Shown: positions 35,901 to 47,100 of the stretch, piece by piece
How positions within the stretch are numbered: the stretch's first letter is position 1
Layout of the letters: each line of letters opens with the position of its first letter
Source: Macrostomum lignano
Taxonomy: Eukaryota
DNA: 64,000 bases
Direction of reading: 5' to 3'
Assembly (NCBI GenBank): GCA_002269645.1
Contig: NIVC01000661.1
Span: 62,001 to 126,000 of the forward strand
The notes under the pieces: model-generated
Told to the model about the DNA's origin: nothing
Seen by the model: only the letters and a program-made list of their open reading frames with translations
Database searches by the model: none
Program-made: the position numbers and the translations under genes

Positions 35901-38377
35901 TTAAGCCATTTTTTCTCTAATCGATTACAAGCAAGCAAGCAAGCAAGATTTTCATTTTTAGTATATAGGACTTGGGCAAGAGAGGAGGAGACCAGCGTAT
36001 TACTGACAGACAGTGAAGCACAAAGAATTATTATTACGTAGAATTACGTAAGCCCGCATTCAGTTGCAGCTGAACTGCTATGCGATAGGCATATGTTGTA
36101 TGCATATTTCTCTACCTCGGCCATTGCTAGTACCTACGTGATATCGTGACCTGAAACGAACCCAGTGGCTTTAACTATCACCGCAGCCGTCCCCACAGTG
36201 AACTCTATCTGCCTCTCTTGGGCTCGCACAAATTAGTCTTTAAAAGGTCAAATAAGGTCAGGCTATTCCTCCGCTTCCCTGTTTCTCTCTAACCTATTTT
36301 TTAGTCTGAATGTAATCGTAACAGGGAATAGAAAAATTCACTTTGTGAACTCAGCTGCTGTCAACCACTTGTATTCTTTTGCTACAAAATTAATTATTCT
36401 ATCAGATAGACAGTGGGTCCCTATCCACAATCAGTGAGTCTCTATCCACAGTCAGTGAGTCTTTATCCACAGTCAGTGGGTCTCTATCCACAGTCAGTGA
36501 GTCTCTATCCACAGCCAGTGGGTCTCTATCCACAGCCAGTGGGTCTCTATCCACAATCAGTGAGTCTCTATCCACAGCCAGTGGGTCTCTATCCACAGCC
36601 AGTGGGTCTCTATCCACAATCAGTGAGTCTCTATCCACAGCCAGTGGGTCTCTATCCACAGCCAGTGGGTCTCTATCCACAATCAGTGAGTCTCTATCCA
36701 CAGCCAGTGGGTCTCTATCCACAGCCAGTGGGTCTCTATCCACAGCCAGTGGGTCTCTATCCACAATCAGTGAGTCTCTATCCACAGCCAGTGGGTCTCT
36801 ATCCACAGTCTGTGAGTCTCTATCCACAGCCAGTGGGTCTCTATCCACAGCCAGTGGGTCTCTATCCGCAGTCAGTGGGTCTCTATCCACAGCCAATGAG
36901 TCTCTATCCACAGTGGGTCTCTATCCACAATCAGTGAGTCTCTATCCACAGTCAGTGAGTCTCTATCCACAGCCAATGAGTCTCTATCCACAGTGGGTCT
37001 CTATCCACAATCAGTGAGTCTCTATCCACAGTCAGTGAGTCTCTATCCACAGACAGTGAGTCTCTATCCACAGACAGTGGGTCTCTATCCACATTCTGTG
37101 AGTCTATCTAGTCAGTGGGACTCTATCCTCTATCCACAGCCAGTGGGTCTCTATCCACAGTCAGCTTGGCATTATTTTGCGGTCATAGTGACTCATTGTG
37201 AACACACACAGCACATTCCTTCAGCTATAATGTACAGTAACTTCAGTTTTTCAGAGACTGTCAATAACAAAATCAAATATCTTACGGCAAGTTCGCCAGA
37301 AGCAGAGCCCTCAGTGCTTTGCCCAACATCTGCACCGGAACAAAGACTGCCGGTTCCCACTGAAGCAGTGGCAGCACCGTCGGAAACAGCGGACTGATCG
37401 CCATCTGGCTGAGTCTGGTCGGAGATGCGCCGCCGTTTTGCCGGCTTTTGTACTTTTAGTTTTAACGATTTCGGAGTTGCAAACCGTTCGTTGCCAATGC
37501 GAAGAGCTTCATCCTCGCTGACACCTGCGGCGTTGGGGCGGCCAGGTTGGATGACTAGTGACAGGTTTAAGTGCTCAGTGAGTACCAGCAACTGAGGATC
37601 TGGGAGGCTGGCCCAGCAACTGACACTCTGGAAGGCTGGCCCAGCAACTGAGGATCTGGAAGGCTGGCCCAGCGACTGAGGATCTGGAAGGCTGGCCCAG
37701 CAACTGAGGATCTAGGAGGCTGGCCCAGCAACTGAGGATCTGGAAGGCTGGCCCAGCAACTGAGGATCTGGGAGGCTGGCCCAGCAACTGAGGATCTAGA
37801 AGGCTGGCCCAGCAACTGAGGATCTGGAAGGCTGGCCCAGCGACTGAGGATCTGGGAGGCTGGCCCAGCAACTGACACTCTGGGAGGCTGTTGGCCCAGC
37901 AACTGAGGATCTGGGAGGCTGGCCGAGAAACTGAGGATCTGGGAGGCTGGCCCAGCAACTGAGCATCTGGGAGGCTGTTGGCCCAGCAACTGAGGATCTG
38001 GGAGGCTAGCCGAGAAACTGAGGATCTGGGAGGCTGGGCCAGCAACTGAGAATTTGTAAAAGTGATAGTCTAAAAAACCCGCAGATCTCACCCAGCTCCT
38101 TAGCAAACTCATTCAGTTTAGTCTGCAATGTCTCGCAGGTCTTCTGCCCAAAGCCCTCTAAGATGAGGCAAGCCCTGGGCGTCTCCAGCCTCAGCGGGTA
38201 GCGCTCCAAGGCGCGAACCATCTTGGCATAAGTGTGCTTGCTCTGCCACTTCTTGGCTACCGCTAAGTCTCGCATTTCTCGAATATGATGCAGGAAAAAC
38301 TGATTCTGCACAATAGGCATTCGTTTCTTTCTGACTCGCTTCTGACAATGTTTTGCAGTCTGTGTTGATGCAGACAT
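23905..38377 (-). CDS. MUS81: Crossover junction endonuclease MUS81 (10 exons, 893 aa)
   Basis: Exons are 38377-38092, 37554-37286, 29908-29714, 27357-26714, 26635-26421, 25845-25599, 25252-25143, 24983-24508, 24259-24156 and 24040-23905. All introns are GT-AG with consistent phases, totalling 2682 nt. Domains: N-terminal HhH (ALERYPLRL...ILEGFG), winged helix (GTGAHAMLLTL...YTAWSAMSGLVKRGLV), ERCC4 nuclease (CIDNRE, VSDFLWV, VERKRLDDLASSIKDGRFKEQKFRL) and C-terminal HhH2 (LLQIGGVTMEKA). Confidence 0.97.
25395..25550. repeat. ~19-bp intronic minisatellite (GACACCTGAAGGTTTT[AG/CG/GG])
   Basis: About 7 degenerate units in a MUS81 intron. Confidence 0.85.
25965..26400. repeat. 26-bp intronic minisatellite (GGGATCAATTTGGGATTTCATGGATT)
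   Basis: Tandem units in a MUS81 intron. Confidence 0.93.
27565..28225. repeat. ~32-bp intronic minisatellite (AAGAATCTCCCAACCCAGAGAATCGCCCTTA)
   Basis: Tandem units are visible. Confidence 0.93.
28980..29545. repeat. 21-bp minisatellite (CTCTATCCACAG[T/C]CAGTGGGT), MUS81 intron 3
   Basis: Tandem units of the same family as 36410-37160. Confidence 0.96.
29560..29615 (-). mobile_element. tRNA-derived SINE head relic
   Basis: A-box TAGCCTGGTGG and B-box GGTTCGATTCC are only 13 nt apart, so the anticodon arm is missing and this is not a functional tRNA. Confidence 0.55.
29945..30555. repeat. 12-bp-based compound minisatellite (GGGTCAATAACT / GGGTCAGGATAT / GGGTCAAGAAGT)
   Basis: GGGTCA recurs every 12 nt. 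Confidence 0.92.
30877..30950. repeat. Interstitial (CCCTAA)n telomeric-type tract, about 12 units, inside the Helitron-like element
   Basis: Directly visible. Confidence 0.92.
31790..35370. repeat. ~22-23-bp satellite (ATGACGCTTCTATGATTTTTTAC) with ~1.06-1.1-kb higher-order repeat
   Basis: A rare CTGCAG-containing variant occurs at 32725, 33784 and 34889. Confidence 0.96.
36410..37160. repeat. 21-bp minisatellite (CTCTATCCACAGCCAGTGGGT), MUS81 intron 2
   Basis: Same family and orientation as 28980-29545. Confidence 0.95.
37585..38050. repeat. 28-bp minisatellite (CAGCAACTGAGGATCTGGGAGGCTGGCC), MUS81 intron 1
   Basis: Reverse complement of the array at 46990-47465. Confidence 0.95.
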
Positions 38378-39404
38378 GACAGAAATCCTGACTAGTTATG
38401 TACAAGTCTTTCCACAATATAATTGAAAAAATCACTGAAACTCAAATTAGAGTTATGTGGCAATACTTAGAATCTAGAAAACTGTCCTTAAGAAACTGTT
38501 ATAATAGAATGTTGGGGTCAGGGATTGCTGCTTTATCATTAAGAGTGTGTGATTATCTGCATAATACAATTTGTCACAAGATGGTTTAAAAAATCAGATT
38601 GTCTCAGTATGGCAATGCATTATGCAGAGAGATCACACAATCAATTAATGAATTACAATGGCAAATAACAATAAATAGATAAATATGCATTACAGATTAT
38701 GTTATCCGTAACAAGTTTTGGTTTGACTAGTATATTTATATGTTTTCTAACAGCTAGATAAATAAATATACATATTAACATAGGTTAAGACTCTAGTTTA
38801 CACTCTGCAAACATTCTAGTTCTAACTTCACTTAAAAGATAGATTTATTTATATGTTTTAACTTTGATGTCTTTTTATAACAACTATGATATTTCTCTTT
38901 CATTTGATTTATACTATTAATTAGCATTCCCACTGGGGAGCCAACAAAGAATGCAATGTTTTTGAATAACTATATATATAGCTTCTGGACTCTTAGCCTT
39001 AATATACTAGTAATTTTTTTCTATCAACTAGTAGTAGTAGTTATACCTTAATCCATATTCAATGCAAATGTTGATTTATAAAATCAGTCTTTGAAAACAT
39101 AGCTTATAACATTTGCCATTATGGGCAATTAATAATAATTTTTTCTATGAGCTTCCTAAGACTTGCCAATATGTATAGAATAGTTAATTTGAATAAAAAG
39201 GCTTTTTGCAAATAAGTAACTTAGTGGTGCACTTTTATAAAATAAAATTTAATACATATATATAAATCAGAAAAAAGAAAATATATATTTTCATAAAGAA
39301 AAAAATTTACTTGGCTTTTATTGACATAATAACATTAAGATAATTGACAAACTATATAATCTTTTCCATAATTTACCTATTTTAATTAGGCCTAGGAAAT
39401 GCTT

Positions 39405-39820
39405 GTACCTATGGCCTGTGGTCCTATGCCAAAAATTCTAATTTTATTCACACAGATCCATGTCAATTAATTTTTAGCTTATCCCCATGGTAGCTTATTG
39501 GAATAGAGAACCTTAAAATAAATTTGTTCAAGGATGGGAACCCTTTAGTTCTTTTGTATCTAGTGTTACATAAATACATATAGTTTGTTAGCATGCTGTA
39601 TATAGTTTTATATTTTCTACTAGGCCTAGGCCTATTATATTTTTTTTGTTTTGAGTGTATGTCATATGTTGTCATATCTATATCTATATTGACATAGCCT
39701 ATAGACTTGAATGGTAGCAGCTATTTCAATAAGCTCCTATGGGGATAAGCTAAAATATATTTATATATCTATATGAATAAAATTGGAATTATTGATATGG
39801 GACCATGGGGATAAGCATGT
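39405..39820. mobile_element. Old, degenerate MITE related to the Mutator-type MITE at 41210
   Basis: Imperfect ~100-bp inverted repeats (39410-39500 vs 39720-39820) share GCTTATCCCCA(C/T)GG with the young element. Confidence 0.55.
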
Positions 39821-41209
39821 CTATCTAATTAACTATTTTTTATTTTATAAATAATCTTTATAGTTGCAATTAGGCCTATAATATAGCTATAAGATGAAAA
39901 TGATTAGAAACAATACCTAATAATAGTAATAAGCAATATACATGATAAAATACTAAATATATTAAGATAGGCCTAGTTTAGACATTTTAAAAGTTATAAA
40001 ACTAAAATAAAAGTTAATAGGCCTAACAATTATCAAAATTAGGCCTAGCCTAGGCCTAGACCCCTTATAAACCATGAGATTTATCACATTGAATTTATCA
40101 CAAAATACAAAAAACAACCTTGAAAATCTGACTAGACTCTAGATTTAGAATCTGATATGACTACCTAGTCTAGAGTCTTGATAATATTAAAAATATAAAA
40201 ATTAAATTTAGATTAACATTAAATTTAAAATAGGGCTTAAAATATATTATTATTAATTATATTTATAATTTAAGGTTAAGTGTTCAGCAAAGGTCTGGTC
40301 TACCATCTATGGATTTCATGCTAACTTTTTGGCTTTATCTGCAACTGCAATTAGAAATAATGATGTCTTATTTTTTATTTAGTTATAAAATTATATATTA
40401 AATTGCCCAGCCCTGAGCCCTTTTTAAACTATACTGTAGTTTAGAGCCTGTAGGCCAATTTATATATCAGGTGAGTGAGATCCTTGGTTTCATTTTTTCT
40501 TTTATTATATTAATATTATCAAAATTTTATCTGGCTTGTCATATGTGCACTCGTGTAGTACCAATAGGCAATATGTACAAAAATATTACAGACTAGCACA
40601 ACCGACAGCAGACGGGACGAAGCGGCCAGTCGCAGCTACAACTACAACCACTTTTCCAGGCATAGACTCATAAAATAATTAAATTGTATGACAGTCGAGT
40701 CCTAAATGGAACAACAGCTAGCATTCTTTTATTATTAATATATAAATTTTCGGCGAACAGTTGAATCTAAACGTTTAAATATTTTCAGCCTAATATTAAC
40801 GCAGAAAATTAGTTGGTATAACAAAGCTCTAATAATATAACAACTTGAAAGCATAATAAAAAGTATATTTTTTAACTTTATATTGTAAATATTGATTATT
40901 TAAAAGCCTAAAAGTTATTTATCTTTTTATTTAGCCCAGCATTACTGTATGGGATTAAATTTAAATTTAGTATTGAATACAAGCTTTATAACAAGCAATT
41001 TGCATTTGAATCTAATGCTGCAAAAAATCAAATTTGTCTTCCAATAAAAATGTATCGATGTTTGAGTAGGCCTATTACTTTGTAAAAATAATTGTTTAAA
41101 TTTGCTTAAGTGTCGAGTCCAATGCCTCCAAATAAAGCTGCTCATTACATGCACTTTTAAAATTATTTTATAAAAATAGGCGCTGGCCTACTACTTTTCT
41201 AAAAATTAT

Positions 41210-41801
41210 GGCAGTGCTTATCCCCACGGTACCGTAGGAATAATTTCTGTCTTATTCCAACGGTACCGTGGGGATAATTTTCTGCTTATCCGCACGGCAC
41301 ACTGACGAGATAGCTGCCCCATCTTCTACATATGCCGTGGGTTCATAATTTAGTTTAGTACTTACGGTTTGAGTGCAGTATAACAACATAACTTTGCTTG
41401 GCCATTATTTTTTTAGAAGTAAAGATTTAATGGCCTTTTAACGCAAAAAAACACTTTTTTGTATTTATGACGTATGATTAAGAAGAATTGCTCTAGTAAT
41501 TGTTTACAATTTAAGAACTTTTAGCAACTAGTCTAATCCCGACATCCCCGAAAAGTCCATTGCCGCTGCTTCTGTAGACTTCTTACTAGACATGTAAATT
41601 CTCAATTTGTCTGTACAGATTATTGCATTGCTTCAACAATTCACCCGTGCGGATAAGCAGAAAATTATTCCCACGGCATATGTAGAAGATGGGGCAGCTA
41701 TCTCGTCAATGTGCCGTGCGGATAAGCAGAAAATTATCCCCACGGTACCGTTGGAATAAGACAGAAATTATTCCTACGGTACCGTGGGGATAAGCACTGC
41801 C
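41210..41801. mobile_element. Mutator (MULE)-type MITE, 592 bp
   Basis: ~130-bp near-perfect TIRs (GGCAGTGCTTATCCCCACGGTACCG...CGGTACCGTGGGGATAAGCACTGCC) and a 9-bp TSD AAAAATTAT at 41201-41209 and 41802-41810. Confidence 0.9.
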
Positions 41802-43656
41802 AAAAATTATAGTTCAAATGATAGGCCTATCAAATTAGGAAAAATTTGTGCTGCTATTAATTTTTAATTGTGACTAGTAATAATATTATTGCTATGATAC
41901 ATATAAGGCCTACTCATATGTGCAGATTGTGATTATATCTTAATTATATGGTTTTATTAATAGCTAATAGCGATTAACTTTTTTTGAGTTGTTTTAAAAA
42001 TAATTATAGGCCCTTTTAGTATTTAGTATTATAAAAGTTTATAGTAATAATTGTTTTTGCTTACATTTTTTCTGTTATGTCATATGATATATTACTTGAT
42101 CAGTCTATCAACTATAACTAGCTTTTATTCTTGACAGAATCTGAAATTTTCTAGCTATAATTTTTTAAATCTTATTTTAAAACATATATGCCCAACTTCA
42201 AAATTCCACCCATCTAGTACAAGTTAGTTTTGTCCAGATTTGTGACTTAGTTCCTCCCAATTATGACAGTTCCCTCAATTACAACTTAATTTTTACTTTG
42301 TATATTATATTACTTTTTTGCTTTTTTCTCTTTTTTTCACTTTCTCTTTCTTTCTCCTCTTTCCTCTCTTTGTCTTTCTCTTTTCCCTCATTTCTTTTCC
42401 TTTTCTCTTCCTTTTCTTTTTTTCTTCTAATTTTTTGGAGGTACAATTATTTTCTGTGCCTATTTTCTGATCATGTCATATGCTATGTCCAATAGATATT
42501 TATCTAATCTACTAAACTAAATAAAACAAATAGCCTAGAATGAAATAAATATTTTGTTGATATTCATCCCATTTTTGCATTGGAGAGCTTGTTGCATGCA
42601 CAGTAGCTATGCACCTAGTATTATAATTATGTGTTTAGTGGCTATTTAGGCCCTACGTAGTGCTTTATTTGCATTCATAACAGCCATCCATCTAGTGTTA
42701 CAATTGTATAGAAAGATATATATAATAGCTTAATGTTATAATGTTGTAGCCATCTTGGTATATGGCCATCTTAGTCTTAATACTTCTAGTTGGGATGGGT
42801 CAGAAGGATGTTGGGCATGTATATTGTAAAATATATAAGTTAGGCCTAAATATGCATATAAACTATATATAGATTACTAGCTCAATAAAGGAATTTAACA
42901 ATAACAATGAAATGAAAGAATTACTTTAATTATCTAGAACCTAATATTGATCGGGATCCTTAATCACAAAATCTTAGACTTAGTTTAATAATTAATATTT
43001 AGATCTCTGATAATATTTTAGTTGTCCTAGCATTAAGTTTTTTATTACATCTAACCCCCAAAGCATTTTTGAAACTTATTTTTATTAAAAATTTAGTAAG
43101 CCTAAGCCCTACTAAAATTTAAAAAAGATGTAAAAATATTTTAAAATATCAAAAATATTGACAGTTTTCTAGTTTATTTTTATAATATTACTTTCAAGTT
43201 AGAATCAATGTTATAATATAATACCTTTGAGCACTAAATAGGACATAGGACACTAGATAGAAAAGTAAATAGAGCAATTGCTACACCAATAAATAGATCA
43301 ATAGATAAGGTAGTAAAAGTAACAATGGAATGATAGATAAAGCAATAGATAGAATAGTATTTTTAGATAGAGCTATTTAATAGAGTACTGAATAGAGCTA
43401 TAAAACACTTTCTAATATTATTTCATATCCCTTTTAGCCATAGACAAAGTTTTGTGATGTAACATTATATTGTGTGATTGATTTAAACTTGAAAATAGTT
43501 GCAAAAAACTGGCAGATTACCAAATGATTCAATAGCAAAAGTGTTACTATGATTTTATGATTCATTTTATGAATAATTTGATATGCCTTGGCAACTATAT
43601 TATAATCAATATATTTATATTGACATTAATACAAATGCTAAATATATTAAACTAAT

Positions 43657-43993
43657 GGGGGGTCATAGCCCAGCGGTCTAGTGCTGGCTCTGGTATGCCA
43701 GCAACCCAGGCTTGATTCCAAGTGCAGTCACATTAATTTGGGGCTGAATTGGAATCTTGGCTTGGCTCTGCTTGTGAGAGCCAACCCCCCAAGGTGCAGT
43801 GAAGTGTACATTCCTAACGATAATATAAAGTTAGGGCCGCTGTACACTCCTGTGTGAGTGTGTGCCTGCATACATATCCACATGCTTGTATGCCTGCTCA
43901 AGGGAGTTGGCGGAATGGGCAGCAATGCCTCTTGCCAGTTGTGTGCCAATTGCGACAGGGTGCACACAACCCCCCTGCCTCTAATAAAAAAAA
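43657..43993 (+). mobile_element. tRNA-derived SINE
   Basis: A-box TAGCCCAGCGG, B-box-like GGCTTGATTCC, 3' AATAAAAAAAA tail. The body is homologous to 56048-56150. Confidence 0.75.
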
Positions 43994-44107
43994 TATATAT
44001 TAAACTTGATATATAGGCAGCATTTCAAACTTCTAATTAGTCCTTGGTTTTTACTAACTGCACTCAAACATTACTTACATATCCATAATTAAATTTATCT
44101 CTTGCAG

Positions 44108-47100
44108 ATGAAACCTCCACCCTTGCCAAAATACCCTCCCCCAGTTCCACCCCCTTTGCCTACCTGTACACCACCTGCCCCCTCATCTCAAGTGACTGCA
44201 CCAATGGTAATTGGCTATGCTGCTGCATCTGCAGCAACTGACCAATTTCAGACCTGCCAGTCTGCATCTCAGTGCTCATCATCTCTGCCGCAGACTCTGC
44301 AGGCAGTGCCAAAGCCTGCTAAGACTGTAGTATCTCTCACTGATCCCACTTCTTGGCCACCAGATCTTTGGTAAGTAGATGCTAAGTGGTTATTAGTCCA
44401 TTGAAATAATATAGGCATAATGATTCAAGAATTTTGCTATAGCTATGCCTATTACCATTATATCCAGATGCCCACTATTCAATATCAGATACCCACTATT
44501 CAATACCAGATACCCACTATTTAGTATCAGATACCCATTAACCAATACCGAATACCCACTATCCAATACCCCATACCCACTATCCAATACCTCACACCCA
44601 CTATCCAATACCAGATACCCACTATCCAATACCCCATACCCACTATCCAATACCAGATACCCACTATCCAATACCCCATACCCACTATCCAGTATCCAAA
44701 CCCCATGCCCGTCCCCAGGGAGTACATCGAACGTGTGTACATTTCCGAGGCTGACCCCAGTCGCCATGAGCAGTTGGAGCAGCTGCTAAAGGCCAAGATC
44801 ACGCCAATATTCGACGCCAATCTCGTCAGTTCGATTGATTGGAGCACAGAGCCGCTGGTTCGAGTCCCGGATTCGGTGCCAAACACAATGTTTGTATTTT
44901 GTAGTTGACTTCCTTTACTTCAAGCCCCAGTTAGACTGTATTTTAATTAAAAAAACTTTGTCTATTGAATTTCAGTCAGCAGCCAAATATAGAGACCAAG
45001 CAAACTGCTTCCGCGCAGAAGCGACCAATTTCTGCAACAACAACAATAACAACTGCTAGCGTCGCCCAGCAACAAAAGCAGCAACAAATTCAACAGCGGA
45101 AGCAAAAGAAAAAGAAGCGGCTTCGACTGTTGCTGCAGCAGTCTCTGTATAGCGACAGCAGTGACAGCAATAATAGTAGCAGCAGTAGCAGCATTGTAAA
45201 CTTGCAGAATAAGCAAGCAGAAAATAATTGTACTGATGCTACTGATGCTACTGCCGATGAAGATAGTAGTATAGAAGAGGATAGCGATTCTTCGTCTACA
45301 TCGTCAGCCTCGATGGATCAGCAGATGCAGCAACAGCGCGGAGCATCAACTCGCGGACGAGGTCGAGGCAGAGGTCGAGGACGCGGCCGAGGCGGTGGCG
45401 CCGGCGGCGCGTGTGTCGATCCAGGCGCCAGCGCCGCTACCCTAGATCGTCGACGCGAACGATTTCGCGATCATCTGGGCAGCCTGGAGGCTTCGCCTTT
45501 GTCGACGAGTAGAGATCGGCTAGTCGCTTCGCCAGTTCCAGCCGGAGTCCTTGGCGATGGGGAATTGGATCTGGACTGCAGCCGGCTGAGAATTGTCGGC
45601 ACCAGCACTAAGCTGGAGAAAGAGTATTTGAGGCTGACCAGCGCGCCGGATCCGGCTACTGTAAGGTCCAGGGAGACGCTGGAGTTGGCGCTGCAGCTGC
45701 AGATGGACAGGTGAGCTGAGGGGTGTCGTATCGAGGTTGTAGAGAGAGGGTCATCATAGTCACGGGAGATTTTTCAAGTCAAAAACGTTGGGTCATTGAT
45801 TGGGTCATAGACATTAAGGTCATTGACACTGGAGATCATTGGGTCATAAGCACTGGAGATCATTGGGTCAGAGACACTGGAGGTCATTGGGTCATAAGCA
45901 CTGGAGATCATTGCGTCATAAGCACTGGAGGTCATTCGGTTATAGCCACTGGAGGTCATTCGGTCATAGACACTGGAGATCATTGGGTCATAGCCACTGG
46001 AGGTCATTAGGCTATAGACACTGGAGGTCATTGGGTCATAGCCACTGGAGGTCATTAGGCTATAGACACTGGAGGTCATTGGGTCATAGCCACTGGAGGT
46101 CATTAGGTGATAGACACTGGAGGTCATTGGGTCAGAGACACTGGAGGTCATTGGGTCAGAGACACTGGAGGTCATTGGGTCATAAGCACTGGAGGTCATT
46201 GGGTCAGAGACACTGGAGGTCATTCGGTCATAGACACTGGACTGGAGATCATTCGGTCATAGACACTGGACTGGAGATCATTCGGTCATAGACACTGGAC
46301 TGGAGATCATTCGGTCATAGACACTGACCCTGACCCAATTTGTTGAGCACTCGCCGAATCCCGCCGCGCACTTTCCCACAGGCTGGCATCCGGCACCTCC
46401 GACTACCTGACCGTGTGCGAGCAGTTCAAGGCCATCCGGCAGGACCTCACAGTGCAGGGCATCCGCGACCGCCTGGCCGCTCGGGTCTACGAGGCCCACG
46501 CGGAGGCCGCCCTGGCAGCCAGCGATCGGGCCGAGTTCAACCAGTGCAGCTCGCAGCTGCGCAGCCTCTACGAAGAAGGCGTGCCGGGCAGATGGGCGGA
46601 ATTTGCCGCCTACAGAATGCTTTATTTTATGTCTACTAATGACACTACTCGTGAGTAATAGTGTGTGCATATAGTTATTAAAGACATGATGCATCCGCAG
46701 TTAGACTGAGCCTTCTCCCCCCCCATCGGCAGATCTCACTACCACACTCGGCCGTTTGCCAAAGCAGTGGCGCCGCGATCCATGCGTAAAATTTGCTCTG
46801 CAGCTGCGCTCGGCCTGGTCAGCCAACAACTACTGCCTGTTCTTCCGGCTGAGTAGCGGTGCGCCTGCGCTGTGCGGCAGGCTGGTGGACTGGTTCGCTG
46901 ATAGGGAGCGGCTGGTAGCGCTCAAGGCTATGGTTAAGGCGTGAGTTCTTGGGACTTTTTGAGTTGCTGGGTTCTCCAACATCCTCAGTTGAATGGGTTC
47001 TCCCAGATCCTCAGCTGCTGGGCCAACAGCCTCCCAGATCCTCAGTTGCTGGGCCAACAGCCTCTCAGATCCTCAGCTGCTGGGCCAGCCTCCCAGATCT

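Larger units (their letters stand above)
30654..35970 (-). mobile_element. Full-length non-autonomous Helitron-like element (copy 2, 5317 bp) in MUS81 intron 2
   Basis: The 5' end is TCCTATATACTAAAAATGAAAATC-(CTTG)n-...AATGGCTTAACCGATTTTCATGAG, a typical Helitron 5' terminus, although preceded by G rather than A. The 3' end is the CCCC-AAC-GGGG hairpin, 8 nt, CTAG, then T. There is no Rep/helicase ORF. Confidence 0.72.
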
